Of a stretch of DNA of 64,000 nucleotides, positions 1 through 12,300 are shown piece after piece; the first letter of the stretch is position 1; the number at the start of each line of letters is the position of its first letter. Both the position numbers and the translations under genes were made by a program. The notes under the pieces are model-generated. The model saw only the letters and a list, made by a program, of their open reading frames with translations, had not been told where the DNA came from and made no database searches. Location: contig CM060734.1 of NCBI GenBank assembly GCA_030704615.1, forward strand, positions 48,360,001-48,424,000. The letters are read 5' to 3'. Origin of the DNA: Takakia lepidozioides. Lineage: Eukaryota > Plantae > Bryophyta.

Positions 1-2292
1 TGCATGTGAATCATGTACTTTCTTTAATCAGCCCGGTCACAATCGTTACTTAGATGGGCGTCTTGTCATCGACTGGAGTCATACTTGTACACGGTCGACA
101 AAGGAAGCTTTCTCCACAATACTGTCATGAATTCCTAGGATCAGTATATAGTTACCAGCTGGCGGTATGTGGGATCGGACCAATTGAAGTCCTAGGTCCT
201 GTAAGTACTCATAGCTTGGATCTCTCCGATATCGCTCACTGCTGAGGCCCGGAGCAGATGAAGACGGATAAGTATAACTGATGATATGAATTCAAGCCCA
301 TGCCCGAGGATCTATACTTCTGGAAGCGTGACGTGTACATATAACTACTACTGTGCTATTTGAGCTCAATTAGTGATACCTAGGAGAATTCTCACATGTA
401 CGTGATATTTTGTGCCTTGAGATCGAAGACGTGAAAGAAGACCACCATATACTGCACGATGGGACGTTCACAAATGTTGGATTAAGATTATACATACAGT
501 TATGTAAAAGTGCTGGTTTCCATCGCAATGCACAAAACATACCTATATGCGTGTGTACGTGTCTAGTAGTGGACAGTAATTAGGTCATTATATTCACTTG
601 GAAAGGTATGCGTATGTATGTATGGCGGACTTACCAGAACTGTGTTGTATCTACTAATCGTTGGGATGCTTGACATTGAAAGCAGCACAAGCTTTGTATT
701 TTCCATTTCTCGCACCATATGTGTTCGCTCTGAACAGAGCTGATTCTCGTTATGGTGCCAATTTTGCGTACGCTGGAGCCGCTGCGCGAGATGACACCTC
801 GCTAGTCCCCTTTTACCTGCAGCTTCAACTTAACCAATACTTCTTCTTCAAAAGTACAGCCCAGTCGAATGACTCTGAAAGTACGCTCTCGTCGGCCACT
901 ATTACTGAATTGCACTTTAATCCAAGGTCATTTTGTATGTTTTGTTTATTTGTTCTTGTTCAAAGCAGATTGGCGCGTTTTTCTTTTGAACAGCAGACCA
1001 TATCTGGAGTAATCTCCGAGCAAAAAAGCTCCAGGCTATGGAACTCTCGGAGCTCGACCACCCCTTGTCATGACTTCTATGTAAGTACTTATTGAACAAT
1101 TAGGTCGGCAGACACAAGTAATTAACTGCGAGTAAAGGACGCGTGTGGGGCTACCTATTTTTCAATGTGCGCTCCGTGATTTGTGTTGTCGTCAGTCTGT
1201 CTTGTAGATTTCGGATGACCCTTGCTGAACTCTTGTCCAGACCCTATGGCTGCTGACGATCATTGCGTCGTGCCCCCCTCCTTCTTCGATACTAAGGCAT
1301 ACTACATCATACCCGAGATTGGGGTAAACGACGTCGTCTTATCGCTAGAGCGAGGTTTGAATACCTCGACGATAAATGAAACGATCTTGCCTCAGACACT
1401 CGCAGTTGTCGTATCTGCAGTGGAGGTGAGTTACAATCTTGCTGAGCAAGACTTTGTTGAGATAGGGTCGCATCTCCACTTGCAGTCCTGTACAAAGTTC
1501 CATGAACTCACATATGTGTTTTTCTTCACGTTCCGCGCGGTGCTCAACTTGCGGAATGTCACCTGCAGCAACTTTATGCCAGTGGAACCAGAACTATTTT
1601 CTTGGGCACACTTCCACCACAAGGGTGCGTTCCCCTTCTCCTCACCGATCTCGCGGGCATCAGCCCCTATGACAGTATGGGCTGTTTGGAAGGTATCAAC
1701 GATGTTGACAAGGCCTACAATACTGAGCTCAACGCTTCGCTTGCGACACTTCGACAAAATCTCACGGATATCAACCTCTATCTCTACGACTGGTACAGTG
1801 CCAATATGGAGATTCTGACAAATCCTACCAAATATGGTGAGCAGTATATAACCTTTCTTGCTAATTTCAGACCATCATGATCAGATCACCTATGCACTCA
1901 ACTTGCAAATGGAAGTGTTGCAGTGGTGACCTGGCTGAACCTTTTCTGGAAACTGTCTAACTTGCATGTACATATATGCAGGATTTTTGGCGAATGCTAC
2001 TTTGACTGCCTGCTGCGGGTTTGGTGGCAAGTACAACTATAACCCTTCTGTTACCTGTGGCACTACTGGAACCATACATGGTACCAACACCACTACCAAC
2101 CCCACTATAACTGTCACTGCCTGTCCTGATCCATCAAACCATATCAATTGGGATGGTATCAACTATACTCAAGCTTTTTACAGGGTCATGGTTAATTTCT
2201 TCCTCACTGGAAAATACATATATCCCCCAATAAATCTGAGCACACTGTGCCCTCTTAACTCAAGCCTGTTCTCGGGTATTCCAAATCCATGA
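1..2292 (+). pseudogene. GDSL esterase/lipase copy A, 5' end outside the window. Degenerate exon 1 remnant at 1-72; exons 686-880, 1241-1425, 1569-1836, 1982-2292. Catalytic His replaced by Asn.
   Basis: Motifs NRYLDGRLVID, GANFAYAGAAA (block II), IPEIGVND (block III), ACCG and WDGINYTQ (block V; AAC at 2161-2163 where the paralogs have CAC). Exons 2-5 have in-phase GT-AG boundaries. The exon-1 donor is not recognisable. Confidence 0.85.
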
Positions 2293-2495
2293 GATTGTGG
2301 TCCAGGCTCGGTCTAGGGTTGCTGTCGGTTGCTGGGATTCTGGTGTTGGCTAGCGACTTGCCAAACGAAAGCCTCGATCTTCAGGAACCGCCACATCTGT
2401 GTGACCACATGTACAAACTTGTCATAACTAGATTATGTATAGCAGGCCCTGGTTGAATGGTGGTATGTTGTCCAGACTTAATAGTCACTAGTATC

Positions 2496-4130
2496 TGGTC
2501 TGCTCGAGTTAATACCTCGTTAACACCAAGATTTTGGAAAATCCAAACTGGTACATTATTGTTATAGTACATAGTACTTCTAGCTCTAGCGGACACTTCT
2601 TTCTCAAGATGGAAGTCTGAAACATGACCTTCATCGGATATCATGTAGAGGACTTGCTGTGATACTCCTGACCAGTGCCCGGGGCGGCAACTCCCTATAA
2701 TATGCAGGGGTCCTCGGATTTAGAAGAGGATTCGGAGCTGATTTTCATCTTCTAAAAACCTTATTATAACTTATAATACACCATTTTTGAATTGGAGCTG
2801 GAGCTGCAAATTATAATAAATTATTATATATACATTAGGTACATTCAGACTCATAAGTAGCATCCAGATGTCTACCAACTTAAGAGTGAATATTTTCATG
2901 GCAAATAAATTTCTTTGACCTTCTTATATTCGAGTTATACTTACACGAAACTTATTCTATTTTCGTTCACACATATGCATATGTTAACAAATAATTTTAC
3001 TTATTTATATTCTCTCTTACCTCTGTTCACAACATACCACGTGTATTTGTCCTAATTGCTATGGATGACATACACTGCCTCCATCGTCATCCTGTAGCAT
3101 CGCTCTCCTTTGTAGCAAAGACGCGAGATGGCGGGACAAGAAGATGATGAGAAAAATCACACTTAGATGAAAATCATCCTTCCATGAATCGCAGTAAGAA
3201 ATAAATAACTTATTAGGTTGAAATCTGAATGAATAAGATACGACCAATATCAAACCCACATCTACGATTTTTCAAAGATTGATCTTGCCAATAAATAGCA
3301 ATATCAGTGGCCTAACTTTGTGCATAACTTTCTGCCATGTCACCTGCCACGACGACGTCCAGTCAGCAGTTAACTCACTAACATGGACACGTGTGAACAG
3401 AGATAGACCCAGTGCTACTTTATCCCCCAAATTAATCGTCACTCTGAATGTACCTATTAAATCAAAAGGGGAGGAAGCCCTTTACTATATCATATTAATA
3501 GAATACCAAGGAAAAATGACCTTGGCCCATAGGGCATACTCTCGAGCAAACAGCCTGCACCAGCGTGAAGCGTGAAGCGGCCCATTGCTCCAAGCTTGAA
3601 ACCTAAAACCTAACGAATGTGGTTGGACATCCATAGAGAGCTGGATGCCGTCTATATAATAAAATAGATATTATAAAAATTATCTCATATTATAATTTTT
3701 AAAATTCCAAGAAAAATCTGGGGCACCGTATCTGGACGAGGACCCCTGCATTAGAAAAAATCTTATAATAAGTTCTAAAATCAACTTTTGAGGTACATAA
3801 CCTAATCTGATTGGCATGAAAGTGGTGTCAATCGATGCATCTCGATGGCTACTTTCACAACATATTTGGAGGGCTCTCTTTATAACTTACACTCCTTCAT
3901 TAGAAGAGTTAGAAAAAATAATAAATGACCATCTAAGACAGTTGTGTTGCCGCCCCGGGGACCAGTGCGTCTTGCAGGTCTGCTCGAATTAATACCAGGA
4001 TGTTGGAAAACCCGAACTGCTAGATAATAGTAAAGCTTAGATTGAATACTTCTTTCTCCGATGGAATAAAGGTGACCTTACTGGGATGTCACATAGAGGA
4101 CTTGCTGTGATAAGTACTCCTGACCAGTGC
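2496..4130 (+). repeat. Diverged ~170-190-bp local tandem duplication (about 2496-2677 and 3976-4130), split by the hAT insertion
   Basis: Shared blocks GGTCTGCTCGA(G/A)TTAATACC, TTGGAAAA(T/C)CC(A/G)AACTG and AGAGGACTTGCTGTGATA..CTCCTGACCAGTGC on both sides of the MITE. Confidence 0.7.
2678..3959. mobile_element. Non-autonomous hAT-type DNA transposon, 1282 bp
   Basis: Perfect 14-bp TIR CCCGGGGCGGCAAC (2678-2691) / GTTGCCGCCCCGGG (3946-3959). 8-bp TSD GACCAGTG (2670-2677, 3960-3967). Internal inverted motif ATGCAGGGGTCCTCG / CGAGGACCCCTGCAT. Confidence 0.9.
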
Positions 4131-4475
4131 ATAGCAAAGGCTCGTAGCAACAGTAAACTGCCTCTGTAGGTCTGATATAACCTCTTAGGATGCTTAAGCT
4201 TTGTCGCACCCTTGACGAGTTCTAAGTCGTACAGGTCTTCTAAGTTGGTCTTCATCCCTAGAGGACCTACAATGTTGTTTGAACAATGTTGCAGTGGCAA
4301 AATTACAAGTGGAGTTGCACCATCAACATGATTAGAACCAAATGTTGGACCAGAGAAGAAAGCTTGCTTAAAACATAATAAGTTGTGCCAAAACATACAA
4401 CAGACTCAAAACTTGCTAAACATTATACCATGTATGCGCCACATCCAGGAATCTGCCGCTCATATCTTGAGGACT

Positions 4476-4581
4476 TGATATCAAGTTGTGAGTAAGGGAG
4501 CTTGCGGCCAGAATTCTCCTGATATGCGCAATGACCTGATATCAAGTTGTGAGCAGGGGAGCTTGCGGCCAGAATTCTCCT
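4476..4581 (+). repeat. Short tandem duplication, period 61 bp
   Basis: TGATATCAAGTTGTGAG(TA/CA)(A/G)GGGAGCTTGCGGCCAGAATTCTCCT at 4476 and 4537. Confidence 0.8.
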
Positions 4582-4768
4582 CAGCCTTCAAGATGCTCGA
4601 GCTTTGAGTTGTTCTACAAGAAAAATGACATGCGAGCCAGAAGTACGAAATGCTTAATTTCCGTCTTGCTACAAGTCAAATATCTCACAGGTCTCCTATC
4701 TATGGTACAGTACCCCTGAATCTCTTTCCAAAACTCTAGGCACCCTAAGGCTTTCCTCCGGTATAGCC

Positions 4769-5780
4769 TTGGTTTTGCAATCAGTTCCAGATTCGTGGAG
4801 AGACATGCTCAGACAGGGCCCATCCTCTACGTCTCTTTATCAGTGGGTGACCACACCTGATCACCACTTTCAGGTCATGTTCATAACGGAAGCCTCACTT
4901 GATAACCTGGTGGGATTCGCATTTAGGGCCCATCCTTATACGGGTGCTCTCTCGCGGCACTCATCCAACTCCATCACAATCCCATATGCAAATACCCCAC
5001 CAGCCAGAATTTGCCATTGGAACTCTAAGCTCAAAGATTTTAATCCACACCTCACATCCAACACGCAGGTTCTACCCATGGTTACAATCAGGAACCTTCA
5101 TATGGATAGGAGGCCAATCCATCCAGGATCTGCAAATCGACCCGGCAGAATGACAATGGGAATTCGGGACAAAATTTGCTCCTTCTTCTCTTACATGGCC
5201 AAGGGAGCCTACAGAGCGATGTTGCAGGCCAAGTCTCTAACCAAAAAATGGGATGACAGATGGGGCTTAATATTCCAATTTAGAGAGGAAAACTGGAAGT
5301 GCATATGGGTTCTGATTTGGGAAAAATCTAAACCCGCCAAACTCAGTGCCTTTCTTTGGCAAATTGCAAATAAAGTTTTAAAGGTTGGGCAATTTCTGAA
5401 CTTCCAAGAGGCTATACTCTGCAGATGCTGCCCCATTGGGGTTATTGAGTCTTTGGAACACTGCCTTATTTTCTGTAGAGGGCCGTCATCCATCTGGCCC
5501 TTGGTATTGTCACTTTACAGGGTCTGGTCAGACACCGCTCAGGACCCTATAGCCCCCCTGCTAAATTACAACCAGACAACCAAGTCCAAGGTGTCCACAT
5601 GCCCAGTATTCGAGATTCTCCGCTCGGCAATGTTGTGGCAAATTTGGAAGGCTCGGTGCAGATGGACATTAAACAATGCCTCCTTCTCCTGTACATAAAT
5701 CCTGGTTTGTGTTTTCTATGATGTTACTATTGCAGCTAAGTTGGCTTGGCAAAAACTATGTGCAGAAGCAGACAGGAAAC
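4769..5780 (+). mobile_element. L1-clade LINE 3' fragment (zf-RVT-like region)
   Basis: WKCIWVLIW..KLSAFLWQIANKVLKVG..CRCC..ESLEHCLIFC..LWQIWKARC, the typical plant L1 ORF2 C-terminus; no RT present. Confidence 0.85.
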
Positions 5781-6446
5781 CGAACGAAAAGATTCCCTCC
5801 TCGCCTCCTTCAGAGCATCTTGGGGAAGAGGAGGAATCATTTGTTGTTGCATTGATACGGACTCCTGTATATGGGCAGACTCCATACCTGAACTCTGGAA
5901 ACACCGATGGAGCACCGTCTTCGGCCTCCCCTGACTTGGACTCGGCAGATATAAACTAGAAGCACATAAGGAGGGGGTCTAAATCTAAGTTGATCTTCCT
6001 CAGATAGGAATCTTCCGAGTTTCACTCCTTGGCCGTTCTGGCCCGTGCTCTTACTGTTCGTCGTTCCGTTCGGTTCCCTCTGCTCTAGGGCACCTCTCTC
6101 TCATGGAGGTTTTCATTGCTAGGAACTAATCCCAGATTAGCTCTCTGCACTACCATAGTGGGAAGGCTGATCCGACACTAAATAATTAGAAATGAATCTG
6201 CCTAATAATTAAGTGAAAATTTAGGAAAAACTGCTGAAATTCCAGAAACTTTACAGAAAAATGCCTAAAATCTCAAACAAACTCCAAATATCAAATCTCC
6301 AAATGCATGTTTCAAGGCATAAAGCTCTAGGAAAATATTTTCCTTAGCTCTGAGAAATCCTAGAATAATTGTCTGAACAATCACTCCATTTGATGATTGA
6401 CCAGATGTTCTCATGGCTCTTAACAACCCACATAATTTGTTTTTTT

Positions 6447-6525
6447 TTTGTTTGTTTTTTTTTTGAAAAAAGGGAAACACTTGGGAGCGCCAGCTCACAA
6501 ATTTGGCCCTTTAGTAGTGAGAGGA
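6447..6525 (-). mobile_element. Short poly(A)-tailed retroposon 3' end. Duplicated copies at about 20200-20290 and 28099-28185; a diverged relative at 17208-17286.
   Basis: T-run followed by GAAAAAAGGGAAACAC..GGGAGCGCCAGCTCACAAAT..GGCCC..AGTGAGAG, matching the reverse complement of 17208-17286. Confidence 0.55.
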
Positions 6526-6818
6526 TTTTCTCCCTTGACTTCAAACATGATGCGTAGTCTCTAGTCTCTCATAAAACTTGAATATAGCCCATCTATCTTG
6601 ACGCTGTTCTCAAAAGTGGTCGCTAGTAGTGCGGAGCAACGCGAAGCCCTAGTTAAAATTATGAGGGGTAATGCCAAAACGCGGCGGGTAGTTTGGTGGC
6701 TGGATGCATTGACCATTACCACAGGGATGCGAGAAACCATGGCCATGGCGCGATGGAAATTGTATGTTTAAGGATTTGACTAAGGTACCATTAAAGTCTT
6801 GTATATCCAAAAAATGCC

Positions 6819-7062
6819 GAGTCCCTCAAGCGGATCTCCGCTCCTTTGTTCCCAATCGTTGCTCCCCTGTCCCCACATATATACCGCTCCCTTGTGTGTC
6901 CGCCACTCCCTTGTCGTCTTGCTCCCCTATGTTACCGCTCCGCCGCTCCCCTCTTACTACTCCGGGCTCCCTTATGCTATTGCAATAACAACGGAGCGGG
7001 GAGCGGGAAGAGGGGAGTGCCGAGGTGGGAATAATGGAGCGTGGGACCCTCGGAGGGCCCTG
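6819..7062. mobile_element. Degenerate MITE-like fold-back element (copies at about 20585-20828 and 27561-27804)
   Basis: CCGCTCC(C) motifs in the left part face GGAGCGG motifs in the right part; imperfect ends GAGTCCCTC / GAGGGCCCTG; no clean TSD. Confidence 0.4.
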
Positions 7063-7576
7063 AAGTAGCTCTATCCATTTGGCAAATATAGCCTATATAA
7101 TTACTTTTTTTTCAGCTAATGATGCTTTTGGAGATATTACGGGTGCCACCAGCCATCGTTAGATACTGAGCTGCACCACGAGAAAAAGTTGGGGTGGGGA
7201 TTTGATCAGGGGCCCACGAGGGGCCCTCCGGTTAGCTCACTCCGGTTAGCTCACTCCAGTTAGCTCCGGGAATCGGCAAGCCTCGCACAAGCGCATTAAA
7301 CTCCCATCCTATGTCTAGTGTAAACCTCCGTAATATGGTGGCACTAAAAATCAATCCCATACATGCTCGGCTGCCTTGCAATTTCACTGGCAGGGCCCCC
7401 AATCATTTGTAGTTTGATATACTCAGGAGGATTGAGCTTATGGGCGAAACAAAGACAGGCTGACAGAACCTACATACCTACAATTGTGTTGGTTTTCAAT
7501 GTCTTCGTTTGTCATCGTCGTGTTCATCAAAGTTAACATAATACTTGTCAAATACACTTTGGCTAATTGACTTGCA

Positions 7577-7645
7577 GAGAGAGAAAACTCCGACCTGAGG
7601 TCAACGTAACTAAGAGCCACTTCGCCTTTGGGGGGTGGGCCTTAT
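7577..7645 (-). mobile_element. 69-bp 5'-truncated non-LTR retroposon tail related to the 3' end of the Dualen-like LINE at 61991-62504 (copies 21338-21406 minus, 26992-27060 plus)
   Basis: 13-bp TSD TAATTGACTTGCA (7564-7576, 7646-7658). The insert reads GGCCCACCCCC..AAGGCGAAGTGGCTCTTAGTTACG..GGAGTTTTCTCTCTC, as at 62429-62509. Confidence 0.85.
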
Positions 7646-9325
7646 TAATTGACTTGCACTGTTTATCCACATGTATGGAGAAAGTGCCTCAATCATGCAT
7701 TTATGTAGATTCCAATGGTGGGCAGTAATTTGGCTTATATGGTGGCTATATGGACAGGTGGTTTGAACGGGTCTTGATGATGCAATAATCCAACTGCCAT
7801 ATTATGGCGAATTTTGGGACTCATATTCCACGGTAATTCTTTTGTACACTCCCCCTTGAAGAAATCATCTGGTCAGATTTCACTAGAAAGAAAACTCCTC
7901 TACCAATTTGTGTAAATTTCCAAAGGTCGGGAGCAATGTCCAAAGAAGGAGCCTCAGCGATTCCCATGTGGATAGTATTTGTAGATAATATCTGTACATA
8001 CCCGATCCTGAAGAGATCCATTTTTACAGAGACATCCAAAAAACATTAATCTTTGGCAACTAAGAAATAAGGTCATGTGCGAGGGGGAGGGTGTTGGATT
8101 ATCCACACCTTATGTGTATTACATGGTACCGTCTAGTTGGTTCCAGCAGGTAGTTAGATTAGCCTTGAGTTAATGGTGACAGGGACTTGGGCCAGTACTC
8201 CCACTGTAAAATATGCATATGCAATTTTTCGAATAAGTTTGTGATCACTTACTAGTGTGTGATGTGTGATCTTTCAAACGTAAGCGTCTGTCAACAGTAG
8301 GATGAGGAGGTGGGGACGAGGTGGTGCCCGCCCTTCTAGAAGGCTCCACTACCCCCCTGAGATAGTATATATAGATCAAGGTGAGGGCTGACATGGTTTT
8401 TAAAGGCTCCACTTTACTTTGGTTTCTCCTGATCATCTTCAAATGAGTAAATAAGGGGGGGATTTCCAAAAATCCAGAGCAATACAAGCAATGTGTGCCC
8501 ATATTTCGGCACTAATGGATGCAAACCATCAATCATTGATGCGCCAATACGGGTGCCACCATCTTTCCCTTCCTCCACTAGGTCCATCTAGTTTGTTTCA
8601 GATACAGGCCTCAACTGCGGAATATTTGTGAGGGGTCATCCAGAAAGTAACTCGTCAAAAGAAGTAACTAGTACTTTTTATTCACCCCGGGTAATCTTGC
8701 ATTAGCTTTCAAACTGAAAGGTGGGTTCGCCCTTCAAATCCAATCCTGATCATGCTCATGTAATTTTGCATACATAAGTAATATAATAAGTTGTAATTCA
8801 GAGCAGCTTTGAAGGGATGACGCACTGCTTATCAAGGCCTTATCAAAGGGTTGGGCACGACGCATGAGCACGAGAGCTGTCTTTATTAGACTCGGAGACC
8901 CACGACGACTATCGCAGAACGTCTTCTGAACTATGTACATGTTCCGTTCTTGGGTTTAGATCCTCGTGCGTCTGTGATAGAGAACTGGGCTTACATTAAA
9001 GCTCTTGCATGGTTTCCATCGTGCGAGTATCCTGACAGAACTATTAGCAAGAGCTTAATTTAGTACCACTTACCGTTTCGGATTTTTCATGCTAGAATCG
9101 AGCTAGAATCTCTGTATTAGTTGGAGCTGACCAACCAGATTATGCGAGATTATGTATAACGTATCACTCTTGAACCAGGGCCTGCTCTGTAGCAGTGTAC
9201 ATGATCACAAACTGTGCTGCTTCAGATGAGGCTTTCGTGCTACCCAACACCAGAATCCCAGCAACCAGAATCCCAGCAGCCAACCGAAGCTGGTCCAAAT
9301 CTCATTCAAGTACTCAATTAGGAAT

Positions 9326-12300
9326 TTATACCAGAGAACTTAAGTCAAGATCGCACAGTGATCTCAGATTTATGGGTGGATATATGTATTTTCCAGTGAG
9401 GAAGAAATTAGCTAACACCCTGTAAAAAGCTTGAGTATAGTGGATACCATCCCAGATGATATATTGTGATGGATCAGGACAGGCAGTGACAGTCATAGTG
9501 GTATTGGTACCAGGTATGGTTCCAGTATTGCCACAGGCAACATAAGGGTTATAGTTGTACTGGCCACCAAACCCGCAGCAGGCAGTCAAAGTAGCATTCA
9601 CCAAAAATCCTGCATACATACAAAGACAGTTTGAAAAGGTCACTTTCGTTCTCTTACTTGCGGAAGCCACTACATCACGCACATGACTTGCAAGTTGAGT
9701 GCATAGGTGATGGTCTGAAATAAGCAAGAAAGATCATATGTACTGCTCACCATATTTGGTAGGATTTGTCAGAATCTCCACATTGGCACTATACCAGTCG
9801 AAAAGATAGATGTTGGCATCCGCCAATTGCCCTCGAAGTATAGCAAGCGAAGCATTGAGCTGCGTATTGTAGGCCTGATCCAACTCGTTGATTCCTTTCA
9901 AACAGCCAAGACTGTCATAGGGGCTAAAGCCGGCGAAATCGGTGAGGAGAAAGGAAGCGCACCCTTCTGGTGGAATTGTACTCAAGAAAATAGTTCTGGC
10001 TCCATTGGCATAAAGTTGCTGCAGATGACTTCCCTCAAGTGAATTAGCTCCGAACCAAACGTCAAGAAGCACATCATCAATGGCTACAAGCAAGTAGAAA
10101 TGAAAACTACATATACATAGCAAAAGTCTCCTTTGCCTGCAATGTTTGAATAATTGGCCTGCAGTGACTATGTCTGCTTTGGCCCTGCTAATTATGAAGA
10201 ACCGTAGTCTAATTTTTGTTCTTGCCCGGGGCTGGACAAGTAACGGAAAAATTTTCTGAACACAGCTCAAGGAGCAATTTGGTAACCCACCTCCACTGCA
10301 GATATGACAGCTGCTAGAATCTGAGGCACGATCGTTGCAATGATCGTCGAACTATTCATGCCCCGCAGAAGCGCATACGTGATGTCGTTTCCCCCAATCT
10401 CGGGTATGATGTAGAATGCCTCAGTATCGAAGAAAGAGGGGTCGCCTACGGCATAGGGGGCACGTAAGAGTTCAGCACGGGTCATCTGAAACCTACAAAC
10501 TTACGACAGCATCCTCCCTGGGAAGATAATTGTATGTCCCGGGCTGACTTATGTCGATGGAACGGACTAGAAATAGCTAGCCCCACACGAGTTATGTGCC
10601 ATCCAGGCTTTCTTGGGTAGAACTTTGTGAACAGTTGATTGTACTTGTCTGATTGAAGTCATGGTGGTGGCAAGTGCTGAGCTCCGTGTTTGATATAGGG
10701 GAGTTTTTTGTTATGAGACTACTCTAGATCTAGTCTGCTGAAGCTTGACAAAAGAAAGTGGAAACCAATCTGCTCAAGTCAAGATCAATGTCAATGTAAC
10801 AAAACACACGGTCTGTCGGTAGAGTAGTACTTTGACAAGGAGACTTCAAGTGACTCAAGTGAATTTAAAATAAAACATTGACCGCTAGGCGTGTTATGAT
10901 GCATACTTCCAGACTGTGACAAGTTTTTGAAGTAGAAGTATTGGTTGAGTTGAAGCTGCAGGAAAAAGGGGACTTCAAAATTGTCATTTCGCGCAGTGGC
11001 TCCGGAGTAGGCAAAATTGGCACCGTGACGATAATTAGCTCTGTTCAGAGCGTGCACATATGGTGCGAGAAATGGGAAATCGAAAGCCTGCACTGCTTTC
11101 AACAAGCACCCAAGCAATTAGTATGTTCGACGGGCAGTTAGTGAGCTGCATCTTGCTGCATCTTTTGAAGTGAATAATTACGATATATATATAACTCTTT
11201 TCACCTAGCTCTAGACTCACTCAAAGTCACCGAGGCCCCAGTGTGTGCATATATACATGTATATACACATTTGTATGAATACACATGTTTTTTCCAGATG
11301 GAATCGATCGTGAGGATAAGACTCATCTTCAGAGTCACAATACCAAGTGCGCATAAACTTCTGAACACGGCCGATTCTCCTAGCCTCAGAACTTCCCTCA
11401 AATTTTCTGTAGAACGTGAACCTCGTGGACTCAAGCTTATTCTTCACTAATATGCATATGCGGTTTCTGTTTCGGAACTTCCCCAAATCTTAATATACTC
11501 TAGCTGAACCTCTCTCTTCCTATGATTCAAAACAGCCCTGATGAACTGGAGTATATTTCAATGGCTTATAATGCTCCCATTAGTTCTTCTGAGATTGTGG
11601 AAGCAATTGAACATTTAAATGGATATAAAGCTGGTGGACCTGATGGTATTGTCAACGAGCTTATCAAGCACGGTGGCGATCCCCTGATAGAGGCCCTAGT
11701 TCTCCTCTTTAACCTTATCTGGAAGACTGAAATGATCCCCTTTCGCTGGCGACAGGGGGTCATTGTCAATCTATACAAGAAGGGTGACAGAGAAGAACCG
11801 GGGAACTACCGTGGCATCACGCTCCTCAATGCTGTTGGCAAGACATTCTGCAGAGTTATAGGTACTCGTCTCGAGGTTGTTTCCACGAAGGCCAAGCTGG
11901 CTTTCGGCGAAACAGGGGCTGTGTGGATCATATCTTCACTCTAAGCCAGATTATCCAGGGAAGGAAAAAAGAAGGGAAACCCACTTATGTCTTTTTCCTG
12001 GATGTCAAAAAGGCTTATGACACAGTGTGGAGGGATGGCCTATGGTTCCGCCTCTGGTCTTGTGGGATCAAGGAAAGATGTGGAGAGTTGTCCACAACTT
12101 GTATGCTCACACCAAAAGCTGTGTCACTGTTAACGGACAGAAGTCCAACTTCTTTGACATAGACCAAGGTGTAGCTCAAGGCTGTACTCTCTCCCCTCTG
12201 CTCTTCAATGTTTTCATCAATCAACTCCTCGAGGATGTGGAAAGTGAGGGATTTGGGTTAAGGGTGGGTGATACCACCATACCAGCCCTTATGTTTGCGG

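Larger units (their letters stand above)
1..8181. repeat. Left arm of a large inverted duplication (partner 26454-34623); probably continues beyond the window start
   Basis: Base 1 pairs with 34623 and base 8181 with 26454. The ORF track is mirrored (e.g. 1966..2292+ vs 32331..32657-, 4037..4396- vs 30228..30587+). Only scattered SNPs and indels differ. Confidence 0.95.

Noticed and set aside
6265-8940. Short ORFs conserved in three places
   Set aside because: The recurrence is explained by the recent segmental triplication; no recognisable domains.
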